DNA from: an uncultured Clostridia bacterium
Lineage (GTDB): Bacteria; Bacillota; Clostridia; TANB77; CAG-508
Direction of reading: 5' to 3'
DNA: 64,000 bases
Assembly (NCBI GenBank): GCA_944386755.1
Contig: CALXCF010000003.1
Span: 26,689 to 90,688, forward strand
Part shown: piece after piece, positions 20,910 through 29,170 of the stretch
Position numbering within the stretch: position 1 is the first letter of the stretch
Layout of the letters: each line of letters begins with the position of its first letter
Notes under the pieces: model-generated
What the model was told of the DNA's origin: nothing
Databases searched by the model: none
What the model saw: the letters and a program-made list of their open reading frames with translations, nothing else
Position numbers and translations under genes: made by a program

Positions 20910-21329
20910 TTGAGTAAATTATATAATACATATCTTGAATTAAAGAAACAAGATGAAGAAATAATATATTTATTTAAAAGTGGTATATTTTTTATTGCAC
21001 TTGATAATGATGCTTATACTTTATCTAAATTTTTTCATTTTAAAATAGCAAATTTAACTGATAATGTTGTAAAATGTGGATTTCCTTGTGCTAGTTTTAA
21101 TAAATATTCTAAATTATTTTTATTACATCATTTAAAAATAAAAATAATAGAACTAGATAATAAAGTTGTATATCAATTTAAAGACTATGTACTAAATATA
21201 AAAATAACAGAACTATTAAATGATATAAAATCTATCGATATCAACACATTATCTATTCAAGAAGCCTATCAGTTTATAGAAAATCTAAAAAACAAAGTAA
21301 ATAAAATTAATAATGAGGATATTATCTAA
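20910..21329 (+). CDS. MutS domain I-like DGR accessory protein (copy 1), translationally coupled to the RT
   Basis: IYLFKSGIFF...DNDAY...KCGFP resembles the MutS mismatch-binding domain; TAATG overlap with the RT start. Confidence 0.75.
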   Translation: MSKLYNTYLELKKQDEEIIYLFKSGIFFIALDNDAYTLSKFFHFKIANLTDNVVKCGFPCASFNKYSKLFLLHHLKIKIIELDNKVVYQFKDYVLNIKITELLNDIKSIDINTLSIQEAYQFIENLKNKVNKINNEDII

Positions 21330-22282
21330 TGAAAAGAAAAGGATATTTATATCAAAATTTGTACAAATTTGAAAATATACAAAATGCTTTTAATGAAGTA
21401 TGTAAAAATACAAAAAACAAGAAAAAAGTTGCTAGATTTAAGGAATATAAATGTATATATATTTCAAGAATATATAACATATTACAAACAAAAACATATA
21501 AACCTGGTCCATATAATGTATTTACAATATATGAACCAAAGAAAAGAAGAATTGTAAGCCAAAACATGCAAGATAAAGTTATAAATCATTTAGTGGCAAG
21601 ACATATACTTTATCCTGCACTTCTTCCTTGTCTTTTAGATGTAAATGTTGCAAGTAGAAAAGGATTAGGTACAAGTAAAGGCATTAGATTAACCATGAAT
21701 TTTCATAGAATTTGTAAAGTAAAATATAAAACTTACTATATATTAAAATGTGATATTAGTAAATTCTTTGCAAGTATAAATCATGATATTTTAAAAGAAA
21801 AATTAAGAAAAAGAATTAAAGATAAAGATGCTTTAAAAATTGTTTTTGATATTATTGATATTGAAGAAAATGGACTTTCAATTGGTGCAATGACAAGTCA
21901 AATCCTTGCCATATTTTATTTAAATGACACGGATCACTTTATTAAAGAAACATTGAAAATTAAATACTTTTTAAGGTATCAAGATGATTTTTTGCTGTTT
22001 CATCCTTCAAAACAATATTTAAAATATTGTTTAAATGAACTAGAAAAGTTTTTAGAAAAGGAAAAATTAACATTAAACAAAAAGACTAGAATTTACAAAA
22101 GTACAAATAAATTTATCTTTCTAGGTAGAAAACCTAATGGGAATTATGCTAAATTTAGAGATGTTAGAAGAAAGATTAAAAAGAGAATTTATTTATACAG
22201 AACAGGACAAATACAGCTCTCTGGTCTTATTAGCTCTATTATATGTTATAAACACTTATGTAAAAAAGGTAGTAACTACTAA
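21329..22282 (+). CDS. DGR-type reverse transcriptase
   Basis: YEPKKRRI, KCDISKFFASI, GLSIGAMTSQ, LRYQDDF and FLG motifs; 317 aa, no maturase or endonuclease domain; adjacent to a TR. Confidence 0.93.
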   Translation: MKRKGYLYQNLYKFENIQNAFNEVCKNTKNKKKVARFKEYKCIYISRIYNILQTKTYKPGPYNVFTIYEPKKRRIVSQNMQDKVINHLVARHILYPALLPCLLDVNVASRKGLGTSKGIRLTMNFHRICKVKYKTYYILKCDISKFFASINHDILKEKLRKRIKDKDALKIVFDIIDIEENGLSIGAMTSQILAIFYLNDTDHFIKETLKIKYFLRYQDDFLLFHPSKQYLKYCLNELEKFLEKEKLTLNKKTRIYKSTNKFIFLGRKPNGNYAKFRDVRRKIKKRIYLYRTGQIQLSGLISSIICYKHLCKKGSNY

Positions 22283-22461
22283 TCTAATTACTACCTTAAA
22301 AATAGTTATAAAATATACTCCCTTTCGAATACTAATACCTACTAACAAATATATTTATCTATTTTTACTTTATACTTAAAAATTTTAAGTAATGGACATA
22401 GTTTGTTTCTATATTATCTCTTATACAATCATTAATTGTATAACCACAGTGTATAGAAGCT

Positions 22462-22618
22462 ACTGGGCGAAAACCATTCGTATTACTGTTGTTGTTCGTG
22501 TTACCGTTAGAATTGACATTGCACAAGTTGTTGTTGTTCAAGTTACCAGAAGTGTTAACATTGCGTACATTGAAATTACTGTTGTTAGAGTTAGAGTTGA
22601 CATTACGAGAGGCTAACC
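22462..22618 (-). ncRNA. DGR template repeat (TR)
   Basis: 157-nt ungapped match to 23549-23705; all 24 mismatches fall at TR adenines (minus strand); 23 AAY codons in the VR frame; just downstream of avd. Confidence 0.95.
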
Positions 22619-22637
22619 TTTAACAACTATGCCCTTT

Positions 22638-22982
22638 TTATTTTATACTTTTTATCCAACCATTTGTATACTTGATTATATCTTCAATTCTATTGCCTAA
22701 TTTAATATATTTTTTATTATTTATTATCATCTTGTCATAACATAAATTTAGTAAAAAATCTAAAATCTTAATCTTTGCAATTACTTTTTCTAAAAGTCCT
22801 TTTTTGTTTTCTACATTACTTGTAGTATTTGCTTCATAACATAATTCTAATAAATCATAACTATTAGTTCTTATCCTATTTTTTAATTCTATATCTTTTT
22901 TTGAAAAATTACTTAATTCTTTATCTATTGCAATTATTAAATTTCTAATAAAATTAATTACTTGGAACTTTTCTTCTTTCAT
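22638..22982 (-). CDS. avd: Avd-like accessory variability determinant (four-helix bundle)
   Basis: 114-aa basic helical protein (ELKNRIR...LLELCYEAN...LDFLLNL...KYTNGW) immediately upstream of the TR. Confidence 0.8.
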   Translation of the reverse strand: MKEEKFQVINFIRNLIIAIDKELSNFSKKDIELKNRIRTNSYDLLELCYEANTTSNVENKKGLLEKVIAKIKILDFLLNLCYDKMIINNKKYIKLGNRIEDIIKYTNGWIKSIK

Positions 22983-23409
22983 TTATTATTTCTTCCATTT
23001 TACTTATTATTTCTTTAAAACTTTCATTTCCGATATTCTCTATTAAAAAATTATTTATTTTATCTATTCTTATTTTACAATTTATATATTTTCTAGCTTT
23101 CTCAAAATATTTAGAATATGTATTTAAGTTCTTATTATCATATATTTCTTCTACTTCATAATTATTTCTTCTATCTAATATTAAATAATTTATTTTATTA
23201 TCTTCTAATTTTGCAATTACTTTATTTATACTACTTTCTGGAAATCCACACATATGTACCTCTTCTACTTTTTTTAATTTGTATTCAAATAAATATGAAA
23301 CTATATATGCATCTTTTCCATAAACCTGGTAAAACTTTCCTATTTTTACAAAAACTATTTCTTCCTTATGTACTTGTTTTACTACTTCTATTACATTTTT
23401 TATTCCCAT
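22954..23409 (-). CDS. MutS domain I-like DGR accessory protein (copy 2)
   Basis: IVFVKIGKFYQVYGKDAYIVS...MCGFP matches MutS domain I (GxFYE...DA...GxP); start taken at MGIKN with AAGGAG RBS. Confidence 0.78.
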   Translation of the reverse strand: MGIKNVIEVVKQVHKEEIVFVKIGKFYQVYGKDAYIVSYLFEYKLKKVEEVHMCGFPESSINKVIAKLEDNKINYLILDRRNNYEVEEIYDNKNLNTYSKYFEKARKYINCKIRIDKINNFLIENIGNESFKEIISKMEEIINERRKVPSN

Positions 23410-23431
23410 TCTATCTCCTTTTTCCACAGCC

Positions 23432-23463
23432 TGCTCGGGAAGACACTAAGCCTTCCACGAGCA
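23432..23463. other. GC-rich hairpin downstream of the VR (candidate DGR target-recognition hairpin)
   Basis: tgctcg-ggaag ... cttcc-a-cgagca stem, 13 nt past the target stop codon. Confidence 0.55.
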
Positions 23464-23475
23464 CTTTCTATTATT

Positions 23476-24660
23476 CTACTCTATTACATATGGATTTTCA
23501 CTATTTCCATCTCCACTGCTGATTACGACATCAGATGTTAGAAGAAAAACTGGGCGAAAACCATACGCAAAACTGTAGTAGTCCGCGTAACCGTCAGAAC
23601 TGACATCGCACAAGGAGTTGCCGTTCAAGCTACCAGAAGTGCCAACATTGCGCACACTGAAATAACTGTAGTAAGAGTTAGAGTTGACATTACGAGAGGC
23701 TAACCATGTGTATCCTGATGTTGCATTTAATCCTAAAGCTTTTAGTTGATCTACATCTTCTTTATAATTTGTATCTGCTACTTTAAATTTTCCATTCCAG
23801 CTATATGTTTCTAAATAATCATATGTTCCCGTATACATACCAGAAGTATCTTCTTGAAATTTTCCGTTTTCTAATGTTGCTATACTTCCTAAGCTCCTTG
23901 CATCTTTTGCTATTCCTTTTTCATCCATGTATTCGCTTGCTCTTTCATTTAAATTGTTTACCACATTATTATATGATGTTGCTGCTTTTTTGAAATTATC
24001 ACTTAATGTTAAACTTCCGTCATAAAAAAAGTCGTTTACTGTTACTTTGTCATCTCCATATCCTAATGTTACACTTGGAACTACTCCATTATCTGCTGTT
24101 ATTATTTGTAATCCGTGTGTTTCGTCATTATAAAGCACTCTACAAAGCATATTATTATACATTACATATGGGCTTTTATCTTTTGCTTCCTCTCCATCTG
24201 GATTTACTTTTAATACTTCTCCTGCTGTTTTTGATGTTTCTTCTCCACTTAAACTTGTTATATATAATTCTTCATATGATACTTCATATCCACTTGGTGT
24301 TGTTATACCTGTTTCTGTAAAACCTTTGTAATATTTATTTTCATTGTTTTGATTTGCTGCTTCTAATATTTCTTGGACTTTTTCTGGTGTATTTACTGTT
24401 GAATCTTCTCCATTTTCTAATTTTTCTGCTATCCAATTCGCTATATCTAATTGTGCTTGTTCTTTTACTGATGCTTTTTCTGTTTGTTCTTTTGCATCAT
24501 TTGCTCTTGTTAATATTCCATTCTCACCTGTTAATGTTGCAATACTTACTCCTGCTAATATCAAAAGGACAATAATTGTAATGACAAGGGCTATTAATGT
24601 TATTCCTCCTTCTTCCTTTCTCCTTTGTTTTAATGGTGTTTTTTCTCTTTGTTTTTCCAT
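23476..24660 (-). CDS. DGR target: type IV pilin-like protein with a C-terminal variable (CLec-like) domain
   Basis: Class III signal KEEGG|ITLIALVITIIVLLILAGVSI; C-terminal WLASR...YGFRPV contains the VR. Confidence 0.88.
   Translation of the reverse strand: MEKQREKTPLKQRRKEEGGITLIALVITIIVLLILAGVSIATLTGENGILTRANDAKEQTEKASVKEQAQLDIANWIAEKLENGEDSTVNTPEKVQEILEAANQNNENKYYKGFTETGITTPSGYEVSYEELYITSLSGEETSKTAGEVLKVNPDGEEAKDKSPYVMYNNMLCRVLYNDETHGLQIITADNGVVPSVTLGYGDDKVTVNDFFYDGSLTLSDNFKKAATSYNNVVNNLNERASEYMDEKGIAKDARSLGSIATLENGKFQEDTSGMYTGTYDYLETYSWNGKFKVADTNYKEDVDQLKALGLNATSGYTWLASRNVNSNSYYSYFSVRNVGTSGSLNGNSLCDVSSDGYADYYSFAYGFRPVFLLTSDVVISSGDGNSENPYVIE
23549..23705 (-). repeat. DGR variable repeat (VR)
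   Basis: Encodes LASRNVNSNSYYSYFSVRNVGTSGSLNGNSLCDVSSDGYADYYSFAYGFRP; differs from the TR only at adenines. Confidence 0.95.
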
Positions 24661-24995
24661 TAATTTGTTCCTCCTTTGTTTTTATTACTTACTTTTCTAT
24701 TTTATGTATTTTGTTTATACATACTTTACTATTTTATATCATATTACTTCATATTTTTTCAATACTTTTTATATTTTTTATTCATTTTTATTCTTTTTTT
24801 TACTTATTTATATGTTCTTTATTATATTTCTCAGAAAATTTAGTTTTATTCATTGTTTTAATTGTTTTTAAGTTTGCGTGTATTGTTTGTACACATTGTA
24901 GCATAAAAATTATTATAAAATCAATAAAAATTGTAAAATTTTTTTATTTTATTTTTTCATAATTGATTTTTTGTTGATTTTTGGAGGTTTTCTGT

Positions 24996-25241
24996 ATGAA
25001 AAAATTTAATGATAACCGTAATGTTATTGGTAATTTAATTAAAGAATATAGAGAGAAAAAACACTATTCTAAAATGGAATTATCTCGTAAATTAGAATTA
25101 TTAGGTATTGAACTTGATAGATTTGAATTATATAAAATTGAAACTTGTAAAAAAAGTGTTAAAGATTTTGAATTAATTGCTTTATGTGTTGTTTTAGATA
25201 TTGATTTTGATGAATTAAAAAAATTAATTGAAAATTATTAA
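24996..25241 (+). CDS. XRE-family helix-turn-helix regulator, divergent from the pilin target
   Basis: NVIGNLIKEYREKKHYSKMELSRKL...KSVKDFEL; GGAGG RBS before ATG 24996; followed by hairpin aaatcacacat...atgtgtgattt. Confidence 0.85.
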   Translation: MKKFNDNRNVIGNLIKEYREKKHYSKMELSRKLELLGIELDRFELYKIETCKKSVKDFELIALCVVLDIDFDELKKLIENY

Positions 25242-25661
25242 ATCACACATTTTTTTGATGTGTGATTTATTTTTTTATCTACTTTTTCCCTTAAAGGTTT
25301 TATATGTTTTATTTCTTCTTATAGGGAAATTTCTGGAATATATAGCATAGCTGTATTCCTAAATTTAATTAGCTACTACCAGATAGTAATTTGGTAGTAG
25401 TTATTTTTTATTATAGTTATATCTAACTGTGTTTCATATAAATCAACAAATATATGAATTTTGATTAATTCTCTTAAATTTTGTTAATTATTTCAAAAAT
25501 TCATTTCTAATTTGTTTCATCTTATGAGATTTTTACTATCTTTTAGTTTATCTCTCTGCCTTTTTTATTTTTTGTCTCATTTAGTGATACACTATATCTT
25601 TTTGACCTTGTTTTTGTAACATGCTAACATATTATTAACAAATTGAATTGGAGGAATTAAA

Positions 25662-26519
25662 ATGTTAGAAAAAAATACTATTAATTCAAACACTACAAAA
25701 GAAATAGATATATTTTTAGATTGTACTTTTTCTAAATTGGGTTTAAATTATGCTAATTTAGGTATCAAATATTTAAAAGAAGTTATAAAGATTGCATATT
25801 TTAATAATTCAAATGACTTAAAATACAAAGAATTATGTGATATAGCAAGTAAATCATTAAATATATCTATTACAAATCTTACAAGTAATATTTATAACTC
25901 TATAAACTCTATAAATGTTAATCTTGCTAAAAGAAATTTTAAAGATATTTTTAATATTGATTTTGATTATTTTTATATATCACCAGCTTTAACATATAAT
26001 GATATTGATTTAAAAAACCAAAGAATACATATAAACAAAACATTAACTAAGAATAAGGAAAATAAAACTATAATGGGTAATTCTACTAAAACATATGCAG
26101 GTATAAGAGAAGTCCCTGTTCCTAACTCTTTATATCCCCATTTAGTAGAACAAATGAGAATATCAAGGGAATTTAAAAATAATCCCGAAAAACTTTTATT
26201 TAAATCTAATAAAAATAACTATATAGAAACCCAAGATGTTAATCGAGCTTTAAAATTAGTATTAAAATATAATTGGGGTATTAATGATATTACAACTCAT
26301 AATCTGCGTCATACATATGGAACACGCTGTATTGAAGCTGGAATGCAACCTGTTGTATTACAAAGGTTGCTTGGACATACAGATATTAGCACTACTCTTA
26401 ATACATATACAGATGTATTAAGTGAATTTAAAAAAGAAGAAATTGAAAAATTAAATGATTATTATTTACAGAAAGATTTATTACCTGAGAAAAATAATTC
26501 TGATGAAATGCAAAGATAA
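25662..26519 (+). pseudogene. Chimeric ORF: Spo0A C-terminal-like helical domain fused to the C-terminal half of a tyrosine integrase
   Basis: C-half has ALTYNDID, HNLRHTYGT, LLGHTDI and the catalytic Tyr (NTY) but no box I Arg (TGxRxxE); N-half LGLNYANLGIKYLKEVI resembles Spo0A_C-like proteins. Confidence 0.7.
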
Positions 26520-26533
26520 CTCAAAAATCAAAA

Positions 26534-26596
26534 TTGGGAGTAATTTTGTAAAAACGTTGGGAGTGATTGGGAGTGATTTTTTAAAATGTTGGGAGT
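26534..26596 (+). repeat. Four TTGGGAGT direct repeats, candidate integrase arm-type sites
   Basis: Copies at 26534, 26557, 26567 and 26589, between int and the tRNA att; a variant ttgagagt lies at 18363 near the other att. Confidence 0.55.
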
Positions 26597-26752
26597 TTAT
26601 ATGCGAGTAAATACTGAAAAATGATAAAAAATATTGAGAATTATTAAAAAATGCTAAAAAATATCATCCTCTAACCCCCTCTACTTTTCAGTATTTCTCA
26701 GCATCTTTCAAAAATTTAAAAAATCAGTAAATTTCAAAAATTCACTGATTTA

Positions 26753-26827
26753 TGGTGACCCCTACGGGAATCGAACCCATGATTCCACCTTGAGAGGGTG
26801 GCGTCTTAACCGCTTGACCAAGGGGCC
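26753..26827 (-). tRNA. tRNA-Glu (CTC)
   Basis: GGCCCCTTGGTCAAGCGGTTAAGACGCCACC-CTCTCAA-GGTGG...GGTTCGATTCC...GGGGTCACCA cloverleaf. Confidence 0.95.
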
Positions 26828-26830
26828 TTA

Positions 26831-27259
26831 TTAATACTTAATATTTATATCATTTTTTTTGCCATTCGTCAACCGTTTTAAGATTTCTTTTATTCTTTTA
26901 TTTTGATTAGTTAAATATAAATAACCAATTAGTGCCTCAAAAGCAGTAGCATGCATATATTCTTGAACATTAGAATTTTTAGGTAAATGATGATTTTCTG
27001 CATTTCTTCCTCTTCTAACTATATCTTTTTCTTCAGCAGTTAATTCATCATATATTTTTTGTAATAATTCAGCTTGTGCTTTTGCTTTAACATATTTTAT
27101 TGCTTCTATATGTAATTTATGAGGTTTTAAATTTGTTTCATTAATTAATTTTGTCCTGATATATAATTCATAAACACAATCTCCTACATATGCCCAAGTT
27201 AATGGTGATAACAAATTTACTTCTTCTGTAGATTTTTTTATTTCAAATAATTCTTCCAT
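26831..27259 (-). CDS. mrnC: Mini-ribonuclease III
   Basis: LTWAYVGDCVYELYIR, RRGRNA, ATAFEALIGYLY motifs; in-frame CGG at 26873-26875 near the end. Confidence 0.92.
   Translation of the reverse strand: MEELFEIKKSTEEVNLLSPLTWAYVGDCVYELYIRTKLINETNLKPHKLHIEAIKYVKAKAQAELLQKIYDELTAEEKDIVRRGRNAENHHLPKNSNVQEYMHATAFEALIGYLYLTNQNKRIKEILKRLTNGKKNDINIKY
26844..26872 (-). promoter_or_regulatory. SigA-type promoter for tRNA-Glu
   Basis: TTGACG-17 nt-TATAAA with extended TG, 16 nt upstream of the tRNA. Confidence 0.6.
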
Positions 27260-27261
27260 TT

Positions 27262-28176
27262 TTATACCTTCTTTTTTTCAATTGTAATTCTACCTAACTT
27301 TCCATTCTTAAATTCATCTAATAAAATTTTAGCTGTTTTTTCATCATCAATATTTCCACCTGATATTATACAACCACGTTTTTTTCCGATTTCTTGCATT
27401 ACTTCATAAATGTTAATATTTTCTGCTTGTTCTTGTCCTAATATTTGTTCAATATATTTTTCATCTAATTTATATCGCTCACATAACAGTTTTCTTTCAT
27501 TTTTTAATAAGAATTTTGTTAACTCATAAGCTATTTCAATTCTTTGTAACACATCTTCTTTAATTGTACCTGTAAATGCTAAGTGTAATGCAACTTCTTC
27601 ACTTTCAAACTTTGGCCATAATACACCTGGCGTATCTAATAACTCGATATTTTCATTAATCCTTATCCATTGTTTTTGCTTTGTTACTCCTGGTTTATTT
27701 CCTACTCCGGCTGTGACTTTTTTTGATATTCGATTTATAAATGATGATTTACCTACATTGGGGATTCCTAATATCATTGCTCTTATTTTTCTACCAATTC
27801 TTCCTTTTTCAGCTTGTACTTTTAATTCTTTACTCATTATTTGTTCGACTTTTTTTATGCAATCCTGTATACCCTTTCCTGAATTTGAATCTGTTAGTAC
27901 TGCTGGTATTCCTTGTTCCTCAAAATATTTTATCCATTTTTTGTTTTCAACATCATTTGCCAAATCAGCTTTATTTAATACTACTAATTTTTTCTTATTC
28001 TTTGTTATTTGCGCTATATCTGGATTCTGGCTTGATATAGGTATACGTGCATCTAACAATTCAATTACTATATCTACTAATTTTAAATCTTCTGATATTT
28101 GCCTTCTTGTTTTTGCCATATGCCCTGGATACCAGTTAATGTTCATCCTATTTTCGTTAGTTTCATTTTTATTCAT
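27262..28176 (-). CDS. rbgA: Ribosome biogenesis GTPase RbgA/YlqF
   Basis: INWYPGHMAK, NKAD, GIPNVGKSS, LLDTPG; start moved to MNKNE because the upstream extension is a repeat. Confidence 0.95.
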   Translation of the reverse strand: MNKNETNENRMNINWYPGHMAKTRRQISEDLKLVDIVIELLDARIPISSQNPDIAQITKNKKKLVVLNKADLANDVENKKWIKYFEEQGIPAVLTDSNSGKGIQDCIKKVEQIMSKELKVQAEKGRIGRKIRAMILGIPNVGKSSFINRISKKVTAGVGNKPGVTKQKQWIRINENIELLDTPGVLWPKFESEEVALHLAFTGTIKEDVLQRIEIAYELTKFLLKNERKLLCERYKLDEKYIEQILGQEQAENINIYEVMQEIGKKRGCIISGGNIDDEKTAKILLDEFKNGKLGRITIEKKKV

Positions 28177-28220
28177 CGAAATCACTTCCTGTTTTTTATT
28201 ATACAAAATGTTTCCTCGCA

Positions 28221-28258
28221 AGGACAATGTCGCATGAGAAACGTCCCCAATGCGACAT
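28221..28258. repeat. GTCCC REP-like repeat
   Basis: atgtcgcatgagaaacgtccccaatgcgacat, one mismatch to 54939-54970. Confidence 0.75.
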
Positions 28259-28743
28259 TACAATGTTCTATAATTATTCTTATCTGCTCTTTCATCTAAC
28301 TGTCTGTCAAATTTTTCGTTTGCATAAAACCAGTCTGTTTTCTTATCTTTTGGATGTGCTTTTCTATTTTTATCTAATAGTAAATCTAATAATACTGCTA
28401 TTGGTAAAGCCACACCTAATAATGATATAAACATATTCATATATAATGTTATATCTATTATGCTATCTCCTTGATTAAATAGTGTTGTAATTCCTGACAT
28501 TAAATTTGTTCCAAAATATAATCCATATGCTACTAAATATATTAAAGCACCAACTATCTTTCTTTTTACAATTAATATCATACATACCAAAACTACAAAT
28601 AACAATATTATTTCCATTTGCTGATTAAATGGCGCAATTCCTCCTAAGTCTTGCCCAATCTCATGCATAAATGCCACTATCATTCTAAATACCCAAAACA
28701 TAGCAACAAACATTACTAATAATATAGTTGAAAACTTTTTCAT
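28258..28743 (-). CDS. Hypothetical membrane protein (about 4 TM)
   Basis: Hydrophobic helices plus a charged C-terminal tail. Confidence 0.75.
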   Translation of the reverse strand: MKKFSTILLVMFVAMFWVFRMIVAFMHEIGQDLGGIAPFNQQMEIILLFVVLVCMILIVKRKIVGALIYLVAYGLYFGTNLMSGITTLFNQGDSIIDITLYMNMFISLLGVALPIAVLLDLLLDKNRKAHPKDKKTDWFYANEKFDRQLDERADKNNYRTL

Positions 28744-28770
28744 TTGTTATCCACCTCTTATTTTCAACGA

Positions 28771-29094
28771 CTAGTCTACAAAGTCAAAATCATCTTTAAA
28801 TTTTTCTTTAAATATTTCAAATACTTTATTTAAAGTATCCTCATCTTCGATACTAACATAACTTTCTTCATCTAAATCATCATCAGTATCCTCTACTTTC
28901 AATATTACTACTTCTCCTTCTTCTTCCTCTCCTTCTTCTGTAACTGGTAATAACACAACATATTCTTCATCATCTAAATCTATTAAATCTAAAAATTCAA
29001 ATTTAACTTCATTTCCTTCCTCATCATTTAATATTATTATATTATCTAATTCCTCTCCATCAAAATTCTCTTCCATACTTAATTCTCCTTTCAT
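28771..29094 (-). CDS. DUF1292 family acidic protein
   Basis: IILNDEEGNEVKFEFLD...EYVVLLP; ireB-ruvX-DUF1292 synteny. Confidence 0.85.
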   Translation of the reverse strand: MKGELSMEENFDGEELDNIIILNDEEGNEVKFEFLDLIDLDDEEYVVLLPVTEEGEEEEGEVVILKVEDTDDDLDEESYVSIEDEDTLNKVFEIFKEKFKDDFDFVD

Positions 29095-29170
29095 TTTTTT
29101 TAATTTTAATATTTATTAATTTAAATTATAATAACTTAATTTATTACTTTTTAAAATAATTTTATTTAAT

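Larger units (their letters stand above)
18301..26763. mobile_element. Decayed integrative-mobilizable island inserted at the 3' end of tRNA-Glu, carrying a DGR and a HEPN-MNT pair
   Basis: 11-bp direct repeat tggtgacccct at 18301-18311 and 26753-26763 (tRNA 3' end); tyrosine-recombinase remnant beside the tRNA; MobV remnant with oriT-like inverted repeats. Confidence 0.8.

Noticed and set aside
21329-22282. RT as a group II intron, retron or CRISPR-associated RT
   Set aside because: No maturase/endonuclease domain, intron domain V, msr-msd or cas genes; the TR/VR pair and avd identify a DGR.
22392-22616. 74-aa plus-strand ORF over the TR
   Set aside because: Val-rich antisense reading of the AAC-rich TR; not a plausible gene.
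18301-26763. Island as a prophage
   Set aside because: No structural, terminase or lysis genes; the relaxase and oriT remnants indicate a mobilizable element.
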